Shown here in pieces: positions 30,929 to 39,533 of a stretch of 64,000 bases of DNA. How positions within the stretch are numbered: the stretch's first letter is position 1; every line of letters begins with the position of its first letter. Below the pieces are notes generated by a model. The model worked only from the letters and a program-made list of their open reading frames with translations, did no database searches and had not been told where the DNA came from. The translations under genes and the position numbers were made by a program. Origin of the DNA: Acidobacteriota bacterium (GTDB taxonomy: Bacteria > Acidobacteriota > UBA6911); the NCBI GenBank assembly GCA_963664705.1, contig OY761556.1:3168001-3232000 (forward strand). Reading direction: 5' to 3'.

Positions 30929-31390
30929 TTAGGGGACCAACTCGCCGCAAGTCAGCATGGAACTGCCGTAATAGGGATTACGCGTCCCCTTGTCCGGTTG
31001 CAGCCAGTTTTTCTTCACCATCGAACAATAGTACTGGTACGGAGGATTTTTGGGTGTACTGGATGCTTTCACAAAGGCAATCATCTTGTCGCTGAGATCA
31101 CCGAATGCCCCACGCGCAGATTTCAGATCGGTCGAGTTAAATTTGGCGGCCGCCTCGGCGAGTGCTTGCAGTTCGGCCTTTCCTGCCTGCTGCGTCGCGG
31201 AGGCCTGTTTGCTGACCTTGGCCAACTCTGCAGCAGCGGCAGCTACTCCCGTAACGGAGTCAGAAGCCAGGCTTTTTTGGATTGTGTAGTACGGGCCGAG
31301 TATCTGGCCGGTTATGGAAGCGACGGGACTCGCCATCGCGATACCGAGGATGGCAACGCCAAGAACACAAAATAGCGTAATCGATCTCAT
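30929..31390 (-). CDS. DUF3347-like exported metal-binding protein
   Basis: Signal peptide; YYCSM...WLQ...NPYYGSSMLTCG; AGGAGGAG RBS. Confidence 0.75.
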   Translation of the reverse strand: MRSITLFCVLGVAILGIAMASPVASITGQILGPYYTIQKSLASDSVTGVAAAAAELAKVSKQASATQQAGKAELQALAEAAAKFNSTDLKSARGAFGDLSDKMIAFVKASSTPKNPPYQYYCSMVKKNWLQPDKGTRNPYYGSSMLTCGELVP

Positions 31391-31562
31391 CAAAACTCCT
31401 CCTGATAGCATGGTTCAACCATTGCCTTTATAATGGAAATCCTGACCCAACAAGAATATAGCGCGCAACGCAACTAGACAACATTTCCTTTTCAAATCGT
31501 ATTCGCGACAATTTCGCAGCCGCCCACCTACCACATTGTGGCATATTTTCTAAGATTTTATG

Positions 31563-31592
31563 TTGACATTCGAAAATGCAAATGTCTACAAT
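31563..31592 (+). promoter_or_regulatory. Sigma70-type promoter for the cys leader-cysK-cysE transcript
   Basis: TTGACA (31563-31568), 18-nt spacer, TACAAT (31587-31592); dyad GACATT-N10-AATGTC overlaps it. Confidence 0.7.
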
Positions 31593-31599
31593 CACACCC

Positions 31600-31704
31600 A
31601 TGAGTTCATATCGCATAAGCAGAATGGAAATGGGGACCGGTTCCGGATGCTGTTGTAGCCTGCCGGCTGCCCGCTTTGCGGCATGGGCTCGAAACGCCTC
31701 TTAG
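31600..31704 (+). CDS. Putative leaderless polycysteine leader peptide MSSYRISRMEMGTGSGCCCSLPAARFAAWARNAS
   Basis: ATG 7 nt after the -10 box with no SD; TGC TGT TGT at 31648-31656; TAG at 31702-31704; 118 nt upstream of cysK. Confidence 0.65.
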   Translation: MSSYRISRMEMGTGSGCCCSLPAARFAAWARNAS

Positions 31705-31822
31705 CCACAAAGCGTGCCGGTCGGCACATCCTCCTATACAGGCAGATCTCAAACAGTGATTCGTCCCATTCATGGGACACAGCACAACCCAGTTATTCAG
31801 CTATCAAACGAACGGAGAGGCT

Positions 31823-32791
31823 ATGGCACGCATTTACGAAGACAATTCACTATCGATAGGCAACACACCCCTTGTCCGATTCAACCGCATCGCCGCAGGA
31901 TTGCCGGCAACAGTGTTAGGAAAGATAGAGGGGCGGAACCCGTCCTATTCCGTCAAATGCCGGATCGGATCGGCACTGATCTGGGATGCGGAAAGCAAAG
32001 GTATTCTCAAACCCGGGTCGAAAGACGTCACGATCATTGAACCAACCAGTGGAAACACGGGAATCGCACTGGCATTTGTATCCGCTTCCCGTGGCTATCC
32101 GCTTATCCTGACGATGCCCGAGACGATGTCGCTCGAACGAAGAAGGCTTCTAAAGGCATTTGGAGCCGAGCTTATCCTGACAGAAGGCCCCAAAGGAATG
32201 CCGGGCGCGATTGCCCGTGCCGAGGAGATCGCGGCTTCTGACCCTAAAAAATATTGGCTGCCGCAGCAATTTAAAAATCCGGCCAACCCTGAAATTCATT
32301 TCAAAACCACAGGGCCAGAGATCTGGGCTGATACGGACGGACAGGTTGACATCCTTGTTTCGGGAGTCGGGACCGGTGGCACGATCACCGGCACCAGCCG
32401 ATTCATCGAACAGGTACAGAAGAAGCCGCTCTGGAGCGTCGCCGTTGAACCCGCGGAATCCCCGGTGCTCACCGCGATCAAGAATGGCGAAACACCGAAA
32501 CCCGGTCCGCACAAAATCCAGGGAATCGGCGCGGGCTTCAAGCCGGATGTTCTGGACTTGAGCCTTGTAGACGAAATTCAAAGAGTTACGAGCGAGGAAT
32601 CGCTCGAGATGGCTCATCGTCTGCACAAAGAGGAAGGGATCACCGCCGGAATTTCTTCCGGAGCTGCGGCCGCCGCAGCCATCAAGGTGGCCTCGCGTCC
32701 GGAAAACAAGGGCAAGCTGATCGTTGTAATCCTACCCGATGCCGGAGACCGATATCACTCTTCCGTTTTATTTCAAAGCATCGCGGTATAA
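31823..32791 (+). CDS. cysK: Cysteine synthase A
   Basis: [12 protein letters not shown] lysine, [23 protein letters not shown]; GGAGAGG RBS. Confidence 0.96.
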   Translation: MARIYEDNSLSIGNTPLVRFNRIAAGLPATVLGKIEGRNPSYSVKCRIGSALIWDAESKGILKPGSKDVTIIEPTSGNTGIALAFVSASRGYPLILTMPETMSLERRRLLKAFGAELILTEGPKGMPGAIARAEEIAASDPKKYWLPQQFKNPANPEIHFKTTGPEIWADTDGQVDILVSGVGTGGTITGTSRFIEQVQKKPLWSVAVEPAESPVLTAIKNGETPKPGPHKIQGIGAGFKPDVLDLSLVDEIQRVTSEESLEMAHRLHKEEGITAGISSGAAAAAAIKVASRPENKGKLIVVILPDAGDRYHSSVLFQSIAV

Positions 32792-32796
32792 GCCTC

Positions 32797-33498
32797 ATGT
32801 CTCTGCGTCTGAATAAAGATATCGAAGCGGTGTTCACCCGGGATCCGGCTGCCAGGTCGCGATTGGAAGTCCTCACCGCGTATCCCGGGTTGCACGCTGT
32901 CTGGTTCTATCGTGTTTCGCACTGGTTCTGGAACCGACATCTGTATTGGTTGGGACGGCTGGTTTCGCATGTGGGTCGCCTCGCATCCGGAATAGAAATC
33001 CATCCAGGCGCCAAGATCGGACCAGGGTTCTTTATTGATCATGGCATGGGGGTTGTTATCGGAGAAACGGCCGAAATAGGCGCAAATGCTACGTTGTATC
33101 ACGGCGTGACGCTGGGAGGCACGAGCTGGAACAAGGGCAAGCGGCATCCGACACTCGAAGATGATGTCGTGGTCGGCGCAGGAGCAAAGATACTGGGACC
33201 GATTACAATCGGAGCGCGGACGCGCGTCGGCGCCAACGCAGTCGTCGTCAAAAGCGTGCCCCCCGACTCGGTAGTTGTTGGTATTCCAGGGCGTGTCACC
33301 CATCGGAAAAGTACAACAAAGATGATTCAGTTTGAGAATGGCACAGTCCACAGCCTGGATCTGGAACACGCTTCCATGCCGGACATGACCGGGCGTGCTC
33401 TGCACCATCTTGCGGAAAGAATCGCGCTGATTGAAAAACAACTCGAACTGCCCGGCATTGCAGCGCAACAGGAGGAAACCTGGTTTTATTCCATATAG
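32797..33498 (+). CDS. cysE: Serine O-acetyltransferase
   Basis: [34 protein letters not shown] hexapeptide repeats. Confidence 0.96.
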   Translation: MSLRLNKDIEAVFTRDPAARSRLEVLTAYPGLHAVWFYRVSHWFWNRHLYWLGRLVSHVGRLASGIEIHPGAKIGPGFFIDHGMGVVIGETAEIGANATLYHGVTLGGTSWNKGKRHPTLEDDVVVGAGAKILGPITIGARTRVGANAVVVKSVPPDSVVVGIPGRVTHRKSTTKMIQFENGTVHSLDLEHASMPDMTGRALHHLAERIALIEKQLELPGIAAQQEETWFYSI

Positions 33499-33556
33499 AA
33501 ACCGGGTGAAACAAATCTCCTGGAGCAAGGAGATAGTGTTCATGTTTTCAAGGGGA

Positions 33557-33586
33557 TTGACAAGATAAGGGGAGTAAAGCTATTTT
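33557..33586 (+). promoter_or_regulatory. Probable sigma70 promoter of the riboswitch-metB transcript
   Basis: TTGACA at 33557-33562, 18-nt spacer, TATTTT. Confidence 0.45.
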
Positions 33587-33598
33587 GAATCCGGTTTG

Positions 33599-33724
33599 AA
33601 CTTATCAAGAACGGCTGAGGGAACAGGCCCTGTGACGCCGTAGCAACCGATTCTGCAGCAAAGCCGGCAGAATGACAGGTGCTAAATCCTGCCCCTCCAG
33701 TTTGACGGAGGGGAAAGATGAGGA
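33599..33724 (+). ncRNA. SAM-I (S-box) riboswitch aptamer
   Basis: CTTATCAAGA..GG.TGAGGGA..GGCCC..TGACGCC..GCAACC...GGTGCTAAATCC...AAAGATGAG consensus with P1 CTTATC/GATGAG; upstream of a transsulfuration gene. Confidence 0.95.
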
Positions 33725-33746
33725 AGACGCTGACAGTTGCTCCGTT

Positions 33747-33780
33747 GCCTCTTCCCATTCATCTGAAGAGGCTTTTTAAT
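33747..33780 (+). terminator. Intrinsic terminator of the SAM riboswitch expression platform
   Basis: GCCTCTTC-loop-GAAGAGGC followed by TTTTT. Confidence 0.85.
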
Positions 33781-33804
33781 TCACCCTGAAAAACGGAGGC
33801 ACCT

Positions 33805-34959
33805 ATGCGTTTACAGACCAGAACCATCCACACGGGCGTTGACAAAGACACTGCTTACAACAGCATCATGACGCCCATCTATCAGACTTCCACTTTTCGT
33901 TTTGCAGATATCGGCGTTACTCGAGGCTATGACTACACGCGCACATCCAATCCTACCCGCAAGGCGCTGGAGGAAAACATCGCAGCCCTGGAAGGTGGCG
34001 CGGGCGCCGTGGCCGTGGCCACCGGAATGTCTGCCATCGCGACTACGCTGCATCTGTTCAAATCCGGAGACCACATCGTCTGCACGCACGACTGTTATGG
34101 CGGAACGGACCGAATACTCCGGTTGTACCAGGATCAATTCAACCTCCAGATCAGCTACGTAAATTTGCAGGATCCTTCAAATCTGGAAGCGGCCTTTCGC
34201 CCGAATACGAAAGCCGTCTGGATCGAAACGCCGAGCAACCCCATGCTGAACATCCTGGACATCCGCGCACTCTCACGCATTGCGCATCAAAAGGAAGTCC
34301 TGGCGATTGTAGACAACACATTCCTTTCCCCGGTCAATCAGCGGCCATTCGAACTCGAAGCAGACATCGTCGTCCACTCCACAACCAAATATCTCAACGG
34401 ACACAGCGATGTTGTGGGCGGTGCGGTTGTAGCCAAGGAACAGGTTTATGCAGAGCGTCTTCAGTCTCTCTGTAATGCACTGGGGCAGGGGGCTTCCCCC
34501 TTTGACTGCTGGCTGGTCCTCCGGGGAATCAAAACACTTATCCCAAGAATGCGCCTGCATGAGGAAAATGCAAAGAATGTAGCTCTTTATCTCTCCAACC
34601 ACCCGGCCGTGAAAAAAGTGTATTATCCGGGACTCCCGACGCACAGGCATCACGCCATTGCCCGCAGCCAGCAATCCGGATTTGGAGGCATGGTGTCCTT
34701 CGAGTTGGCTGGGGGGCTGAGCGAGGTAAATCAGTTACTCAGAGCGGTCAAGGTCTTCGCGCTGGCGGAATCGCTGGGCGGAGTGGAATCACTCATCGAC
34801 CACCCGGTCAGCATGACCCACGCGTCCATGGATCCACAGCTTCGCCAGGAAGCAGGAATCACGGAAAACCTCATTCGGCTTTCCGTAGGACTTGAGAGCA
34901 TTGAAGATATACTTGAGGATCTCGGTCAGGCGCTCGATGCAATTCCGGGAATCCGCTAG
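33805..34959 (+). CDS. metB: Cystathionine gamma-synthase (Cys/Met PLP-dependent family)
   Basis: PIYQTSTF, YTRTSNPTR, ETPSNP, VDNTF, HSTTKYLNGHSD, AESLGGVESL; SAM-I control favours Met biosynthesis over gamma-lyase. Confidence 0.78.
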   Translation: MRLQTRTIHTGVDKDTAYNSIMTPIYQTSTFRFADIGVTRGYDYTRTSNPTRKALEENIAALEGGAGAVAVATGMSAIATTLHLFKSGDHIVCTHDCYGGTDRILRLYQDQFNLQISYVNLQDPSNLEAAFRPNTKAVWIETPSNPMLNILDIRALSRIAHQKEVLAIVDNTFLSPVNQRPFELEADIVVHSTTKYLNGHSDVVGGAVVAKEQVYAERLQSLCNALGQGASPFDCWLVLRGIKTLIPRMRLHEENAKNVALYLSNHPAVKKVYYPGLPTHRHHAIARSQQSGFGGMVSFELAGGLSEVNQLLRAVKVFALAESLGGVESLIDHPVSMTHASMDPQLRQEAGITENLIRLSVGLESIEDILEDLGQALDAIPGIR

Positions 34960-34977
34960 CATCGGCGCCTGGGATAT

Positions 34978-35017
34978 TCGTGAAATCTGTGGCCGGTATT
35001 TGCCACGGATTTCACGA
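34978..35017. terminator. Long hairpin between convergent metB and fahA
   Basis: TCGTGAAATCTGTGGC / GCCACGGATTTCACGA 16-bp stem with one wobble. Confidence 0.6.
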
Positions 35018-36355
35018 GTGCGTGAAGTTGCTTTGATGAACAGCCGGGGCAACGATTCCCCGGCACTCGCCCAGACCGATCGAAGCAAATCCCTTGCGTC
35101 GTGCATGGGCACTAAAGATCACTTCGTCGCCATCCTCCAAAAACCGGCGTTCCTCTCCATTGGGAAGCAATACCGGATCCGTACCTCGCCATGCCAATTC
35201 AAGCAGACAGCCGCGCGAGCTCTTATCAACGCCGGAAACAGTCCCACTAGCCATCAAATCTCCGGGCATCAGATTGCATCCATTACTGGCGTGGTGCGTT
35301 ACCAACTGCGCAAAGGTCCAATACAGATTTGTCAGATTACTGCAGCTCACCCCGGCAGGATGCTGCAGATCCTCACGCATCCGCTCCGTATAAATCGAAA
35401 CCTGCAGATCTAGATCTATCCCACCCGTTTGCGCATTTTCGCTGGAAAACAGATACGGCAATGGGGCGGGATCGTCGGGATCGCGAACTGGCGCCGGGCA
35501 GCGATAAGGAGCCAGAGCTTCCATCGAAACAACCCAGGGAGAAATTGTGGTTGCAAAACTTTTGGCAAGAAATGGCCCAAGAGGCTGATACTCCCACTTC
35601 TGGATGTCCCGGGCGGACCAGTCGTTGACAAGGCATATTCCAAAAAGATGCGATTCCGCATTGGTCATCCGGATCGGTTTTCCCAATGGGTTGCCATGCC
35701 CGATAAGGGCGCCAATCTCGAGCTCATAATCCAGCATTCGGCACGGACCGAAGTCCGGTGCAAATCCCGGGTGCTCGAGCTGGCCGCATGGGCGGCAGAT
35801 CGACGTCCCGCTTACGACAATGGAGGAAGCCCGGCCATGGTAACCAATCGGGACATATCGATAATTGGGAAAAAGCGGGCTGTCCGGGCGAAACATGCTC
35901 CCGACATTCCGCGCGTGATGAATAGAAGCATAGAAATCGGTATAGTCTCCAATTCTTGCAGGCATCAACATCGTGCAGCTTCTCATCGGAATCAGGCTAT
36001 CATCGATTTGACCTGCCAGTGATTTCGCTTTCTCTCCCGTTTGAAGCAGCCGGCTGACGTGCATTCTCAGCCGCGACCACAACTCGGGATCGAGAGCCAT
36101 CAACCGATTTAGCTGTTCCGCCGCACATGCATCCAGCAGGGGAAGCGGGAGTCCATCCAGAAGACCCCGTTTTCCGCACTCAAATAAATCCAGAATCCTA
36201 TCTCCAATTGCGATACCTATATGGGGAGTTTTGTTGCCCTTGGTAAAAATCCCGAGCGGGAGATTTTGAATCGGGAACTCCGTCTCCGGATTGTGAGCAG
36301 ACTCAACTCTGCACTTCAGGGCGGGGTCATGCGTTTCGTTCAGTTCGTAGATCAT
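35012..36355 (-). CDS. fahA: Fumarylacetoacetase
   Basis: FPIQNLP, DYTDFY, YHGRASS, LDYELE, NDWSARDIQKWEYQPLGPF, GTVSG. Confidence 0.96.
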   Translation of the reverse strand: MIYELNETHDPALKCRVESAHNPETEFPIQNLPLGIFTKGNKTPHIGIAIGDRILDLFECGKRGLLDGLPLPLLDACAAEQLNRLMALDPELWSRLRMHVSRLLQTGEKAKSLAGQIDDSLIPMRSCTMLMPARIGDYTDFYASIHHARNVGSMFRPDSPLFPNYRYVPIGYHGRASSIVVSGTSICRPCGQLEHPGFAPDFGPCRMLDYELEIGALIGHGNPLGKPIRMTNAESHLFGICLVNDWSARDIQKWEYQPLGPFLAKSFATTISPWVVSMEALAPYRCPAPVRDPDDPAPLPYLFSSENAQTGGIDLDLQVSIYTERMREDLQHPAGVSCSNLTNLYWTFAQLVTHHASNGCNLMPGDLMASGTVSGVDKSSRGCLLELAWRGTDPVLLPNGEERRFLEDGDEVIFSAHARRKGFASIGLGECRGIVAPAVHQSNFTHS

Positions 36356-37206
36356 AGGAGTCCGAGTTTTTTCATATCTGAAATGGGTTCAACAAAAGAA
36401 CAGGAACCGAAGGAGACGAGAAAACGCTCTCGCATGGCCAGGATATGTTTATTTGGAAAACTCCAGACATTCCATCCGATAGACGCCGCTTCGAAATGAA
36501 AGGATTCCCGACTTTCATCGGACAGGATTTGCTCAACCGTCTCTTCACAGCATCCCGCATACGCCGCAGCGGCGGCGATAAGCAGATTCAGAAACCCGTG
36601 CATCATCGTCGAAGGACCGGACTCCTCATACGTCAGAGGATAGAACGATCGGATGGCATGGTGCAGTCCGGCGGTAGCTTTGAACCGAACCGCTCGTTCA
36701 GCACAGGAAACCAGAAACCGACTCACCTGGGCGGGGGTTGGAAAGAGCTCGCTCTTGACTCCACCGGCTCGAATCTTGCCGTAAATGCCGCGCTGGCCCA
36801 TACTCGCAATCAGGGCCTCGATATTTTCATCAATCGGCACCTCGCAATAGATCGTGAATCCCGGAAAACACTGGAGCAATTGATCCATATCCTCAGCGCT
36901 GGCTATCTTCGCTTCAATTGAATCGATGGCGATGGAGCTTTTCGCCTGAAGGCGCCTGACCTTGGCTGCATCCGCCTTCACGTCCGGGCCTATCAACAGG
37001 CTGAGGTGGATTTCCTGATCGGCCCCATATTCATCCAGTTCGTTGAGCCGTGAGGCAGGAATGATAAAACGGCCCAGAGCCCAAAGGTGCTCGGTCGCCC
37101 GGTATTCCGCGTAATTCTTAAGGGCCTGATTCATGCCAAGGCTTGCGGGAGGGAAAAGCCCTGCATAATCAATGGCCGAATGCAGCAACTGACGAACGGA
37201 ATTCAT
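36352..37206 (-). CDS. Hypothetical protein embedded in the homogentisate operon
   Basis: 4-nt overlaps with both neighbours; motifs IDYAGLFPPA, GKIRAGG, FKATAGLHH, MHGFLN, SFGSCSF.EP. Confidence 0.85.
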   Translation of the reverse strand: MNSVRQLLHSAIDYAGLFPPASLGMNQALKNYAEYRATEHLWALGRFIIPASRLNELDEYGADQEIHLSLLIGPDVKADAAKVRRLQAKSSIAIDSIEAKIASAEDMDQLLQCFPGFTIYCEVPIDENIEALIASMGQRGIYGKIRAGGVKSELFPTPAQVSRFLVSCAERAVRFKATAGLHHAIRSFYPLTYEESGPSTMMHGFLNLLIAAAAAYAGCCEETVEQILSDESRESFHFEAASIGWNVWSFPNKHILAMRERFLVSFGSCSFVEPISDMKKLGLL

Positions 37207-38402
37207 AAAACCTTTGGCCCCTCAAGCCCGGTGGGATGGGCAGCAGAATCAGAACGCCAGGAGAGGTAGTAATCATGATCCTCAAAAGCGAGCGCCTGCC
37301 TGCTGACTCTGAGTGGGCGAAACGTATCAATCATCACAGCCAGTTCATCGGTGGCCGACTTCCCGATCGACTCTTCCGTGCGGCCCGGCTGTGGACCATG
37401 GGGCAGCCCACTAGGATGGAGTGTGATGGAGCCCTTTTCTATACCCCTTCGGCTCATGAATTCGCCCCGCACATAGTAAAGGACCTCATCCGACATAACA
37501 TTGGAATGGTTGTATGGCGCAGGGATGGCCTCGGGGTCAAAGTCAAAGGGACGAGGGCAGAAGGAACAGACAACATATCCGCTCCCCTCGAACATCTGAT
37601 GAATCGGAGGAGGCAAATGAAACCGCCCCACGCGCGGCTCAAAATCATCAATATTGATGGCCCACGGATAGTAATACCCATCCCACCCCACGACATCCAA
37701 AGGATGCTGCTCGACCGTAACCTCTGTGATTTGGTTCCTCGCTTTTACAAGAATTCTGAATTCTCCTTTTTCATCATGCAGCGGCAGAGCAACCGGAGGG
37801 CGAATATCCCTCTCGGAGTACGGGCTGGATTCCAGCAACTGCCCTTGATTGTTTTGATAGCGCGCCGGCAGGCAAAGATCTCCGGCACTTTCCAGAACCA
37901 GCAAGCGGACCATCTCCGGATTGATGCGGATGCGATGCAATATCCCCCTGGGCACCACGATATAGTCGCCGTCCCGGAAAGGCACCTCCCCCATTTGTGA
38001 TTCAAGAATTCCAGAGCCTTCCACCACAAAAATCAGCTCATCCCCCTGCGCATTGCGATAGAAGAAATCATCAGTTTTTCCCGGCTGCACGACAGACAGC
38101 GCGATATCCTGGTTGAACAGCAACGGAGTTCTGTTCAAGGTCGCGCTCGATACGGGCTGCAGAGAACTGGTCCTAAAATGACGAAGCCTAAGAGCAGGAT
38201 CCAGATCCGATTCCCATGCGAATATCGCGCCAGGAATGCTGCGACAGACTGCGGTCGGCGGCCGCAGATGATAGAGAAGCGAGGATGCGCCCAGGAATCC
38301 GTGATTCCCGATTAATTCCTCGGTATGGAGTCCACCATCGCTCGATCGAAAGATGCTGTGACGCTTTCGAGGGATCTCCCCCAGCCGGTGATATCTTGGC
38401 AT
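37203..38402 (-). CDS. hmgA: Homogentisate 1,2-dioxygenase
   Basis: NAQGDEL, DVVGWDG, HLPPPIH, PYNHSNVMSDEVLYY, LHPSGLPHGP, ELAVMIDTF. Confidence 0.93.
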   Translation of the reverse strand: MPRYHRLGEIPRKRHSIFRSSDGGLHTEELIGNHGFLGASSLLYHLRPPTAVCRSIPGAIFAWESDLDPALRLRHFRTSSLQPVSSATLNRTPLLFNQDIALSVVQPGKTDDFFYRNAQGDELIFVVEGSGILESQMGEVPFRDGDYIVVPRGILHRIRINPEMVRLLVLESAGDLCLPARYQNNQGQLLESSPYSERDIRPPVALPLHDEKGEFRILVKARNQITEVTVEQHPLDVVGWDGYYYPWAINIDDFEPRVGRFHLPPPIHQMFEGSGYVVCSFCPRPFDFDPEAIPAPYNHSNVMSDEVLYYVRGEFMSRRGIEKGSITLHPSGLPHGPQPGRTEESIGKSATDELAVMIDTFRPLRVSRQALAFEDHDYYLSWRSDSAAHPTGLEGPKVL

Positions 38403-38423
38403 AGCTTTGTCTCCGCGTATGCT

Positions 38424-39533
38424 CTATAGATTGCCGCGTCGGGCCTGCTCCCGTTCAATGGCTTCAAACAGAGCCTTGAAATTGCCTTTCCCAAATCCGC
38501 GGCTGCCTCTTCTCTGTATGATCTCGAAAAACAGCGTCGGCCTGTCCGCAACCGGCTGTGTAAAGATCTGCAGCAGATATCCCTCCTCATCCCGGTCAAC
38601 CAGAATTCCAAGCCTGCGGATATCGTCAACAGATTCCTGGATCGTCCCAACTCTCTCGGACAGCACCTGGTAATAATTGTCGGGCACACGCAGGAAGGAA
38701 ACGCCGTTATCCCGAAGCGCGCTGACCGTTTGGATAATGTCCCCGGTCAAAAGGGCAATATGTTGAACTCCAGGCCCCTGATAATAATCGAGGTATTCCT
38801 GAATCTGACTCTTGTGTTTACCGGGGGCAGGCTCATTGATCGGCATCTTGAGTGCGGCAGAATCGTTGGCCATGACGATACTCATGAGCGCACTGTATTC
38901 GGTGGAGATGTCTTTGTCGTCAAAGCTCATATACCGTCGAAATCCCAGGACGCGCCCGTACCAATCCGCCCATACGCTCATATTCCCCAATTCCACATTT
39001 CCTACGAGATGGTCGACAAAAACAACACCGGTGCTTTTTGCGGGCACCAATGCCGATTCGAATCCCGGCAGGAAGGGACCCTGGTATCCATTCCTGGTAA
39101 TAAAGGAATGGATGGTATCGCCATAAGTTCGGATGGCGGCGCGCCGGACAGTACCCTGCTTATCCTTCAGGGATTCCGGTAGAATCACGGCCTCAGCTCC
39201 GTGCGAAAGAGCTGTCTCAAAGGCCTGATCTGCGTCCTCCACTTCAAACGCGATATCGCGGACTCCGTCCCCATGCTTCCGTATGTGCTCGCTCATGACA
39301 TCATCCGGATGCAGCGGCGTGGTAAAAACAAATTTGATCTCAGCCTGGGTCAATACGTAGGAGGTGTGATCGCGATGCCCGGTTTCCAGCCCGGCATATG
39401 CCGTCTGAGAGAAACCAAAAGCCCTGCGATAAAAGAACGCCGCCTGTTGGGCATTCCCCACAAGAAATTCGACATGATGCAGTCGCTTAAGTTTCAAAGG
39501 GTTTTTGTCCATGTTTATCCTGTTCATGTGCAT
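38424..39533 (-). CDS. hppD: 4-hydroxyphenylpyruvate dioxygenase (exact start uncertain)
   Basis: [55 protein letters not shown]. Confidence 0.96.
   Translation of the reverse strand: MHMNRINMDKNPLKLKRLHHVEFLVGNAQQAAFFYRRAFGFSQTAYAGLETGHRDHTSYVLTQAEIKFVFTTPLHPDDVMSEHIRKHGDGVRDIAFEVEDADQAFETALSHGAEAVILPESLKDKQGTVRRAAIRTYGDTIHSFITRNGYQGPFLPGFESALVPAKSTGVVFVDHLVGNVELGNMSVWADWYGRVLGFRRYMSFDDKDISTEYSALMSIVMANDSAALKMPINEPAPGKHKSQIQEYLDYYQGPGVQHIALLTGDIIQTVSALRDNGVSFLRVPDNYYQVLSERVGTIQESVDDIRRLGILVDRDEEGYLLQIFTQPVADRPTLFFEIIQRRGSRGFGKGNFKALFEAIEREQARRGNL

Noticed and set aside
31563-31592. MerR/CueR-type promoter, given the dyad and neighbouring copper genes
   Set aside because: The spacer is 18 nt rather than 19-20, and the promoter points toward cysK, not the efflux genes.
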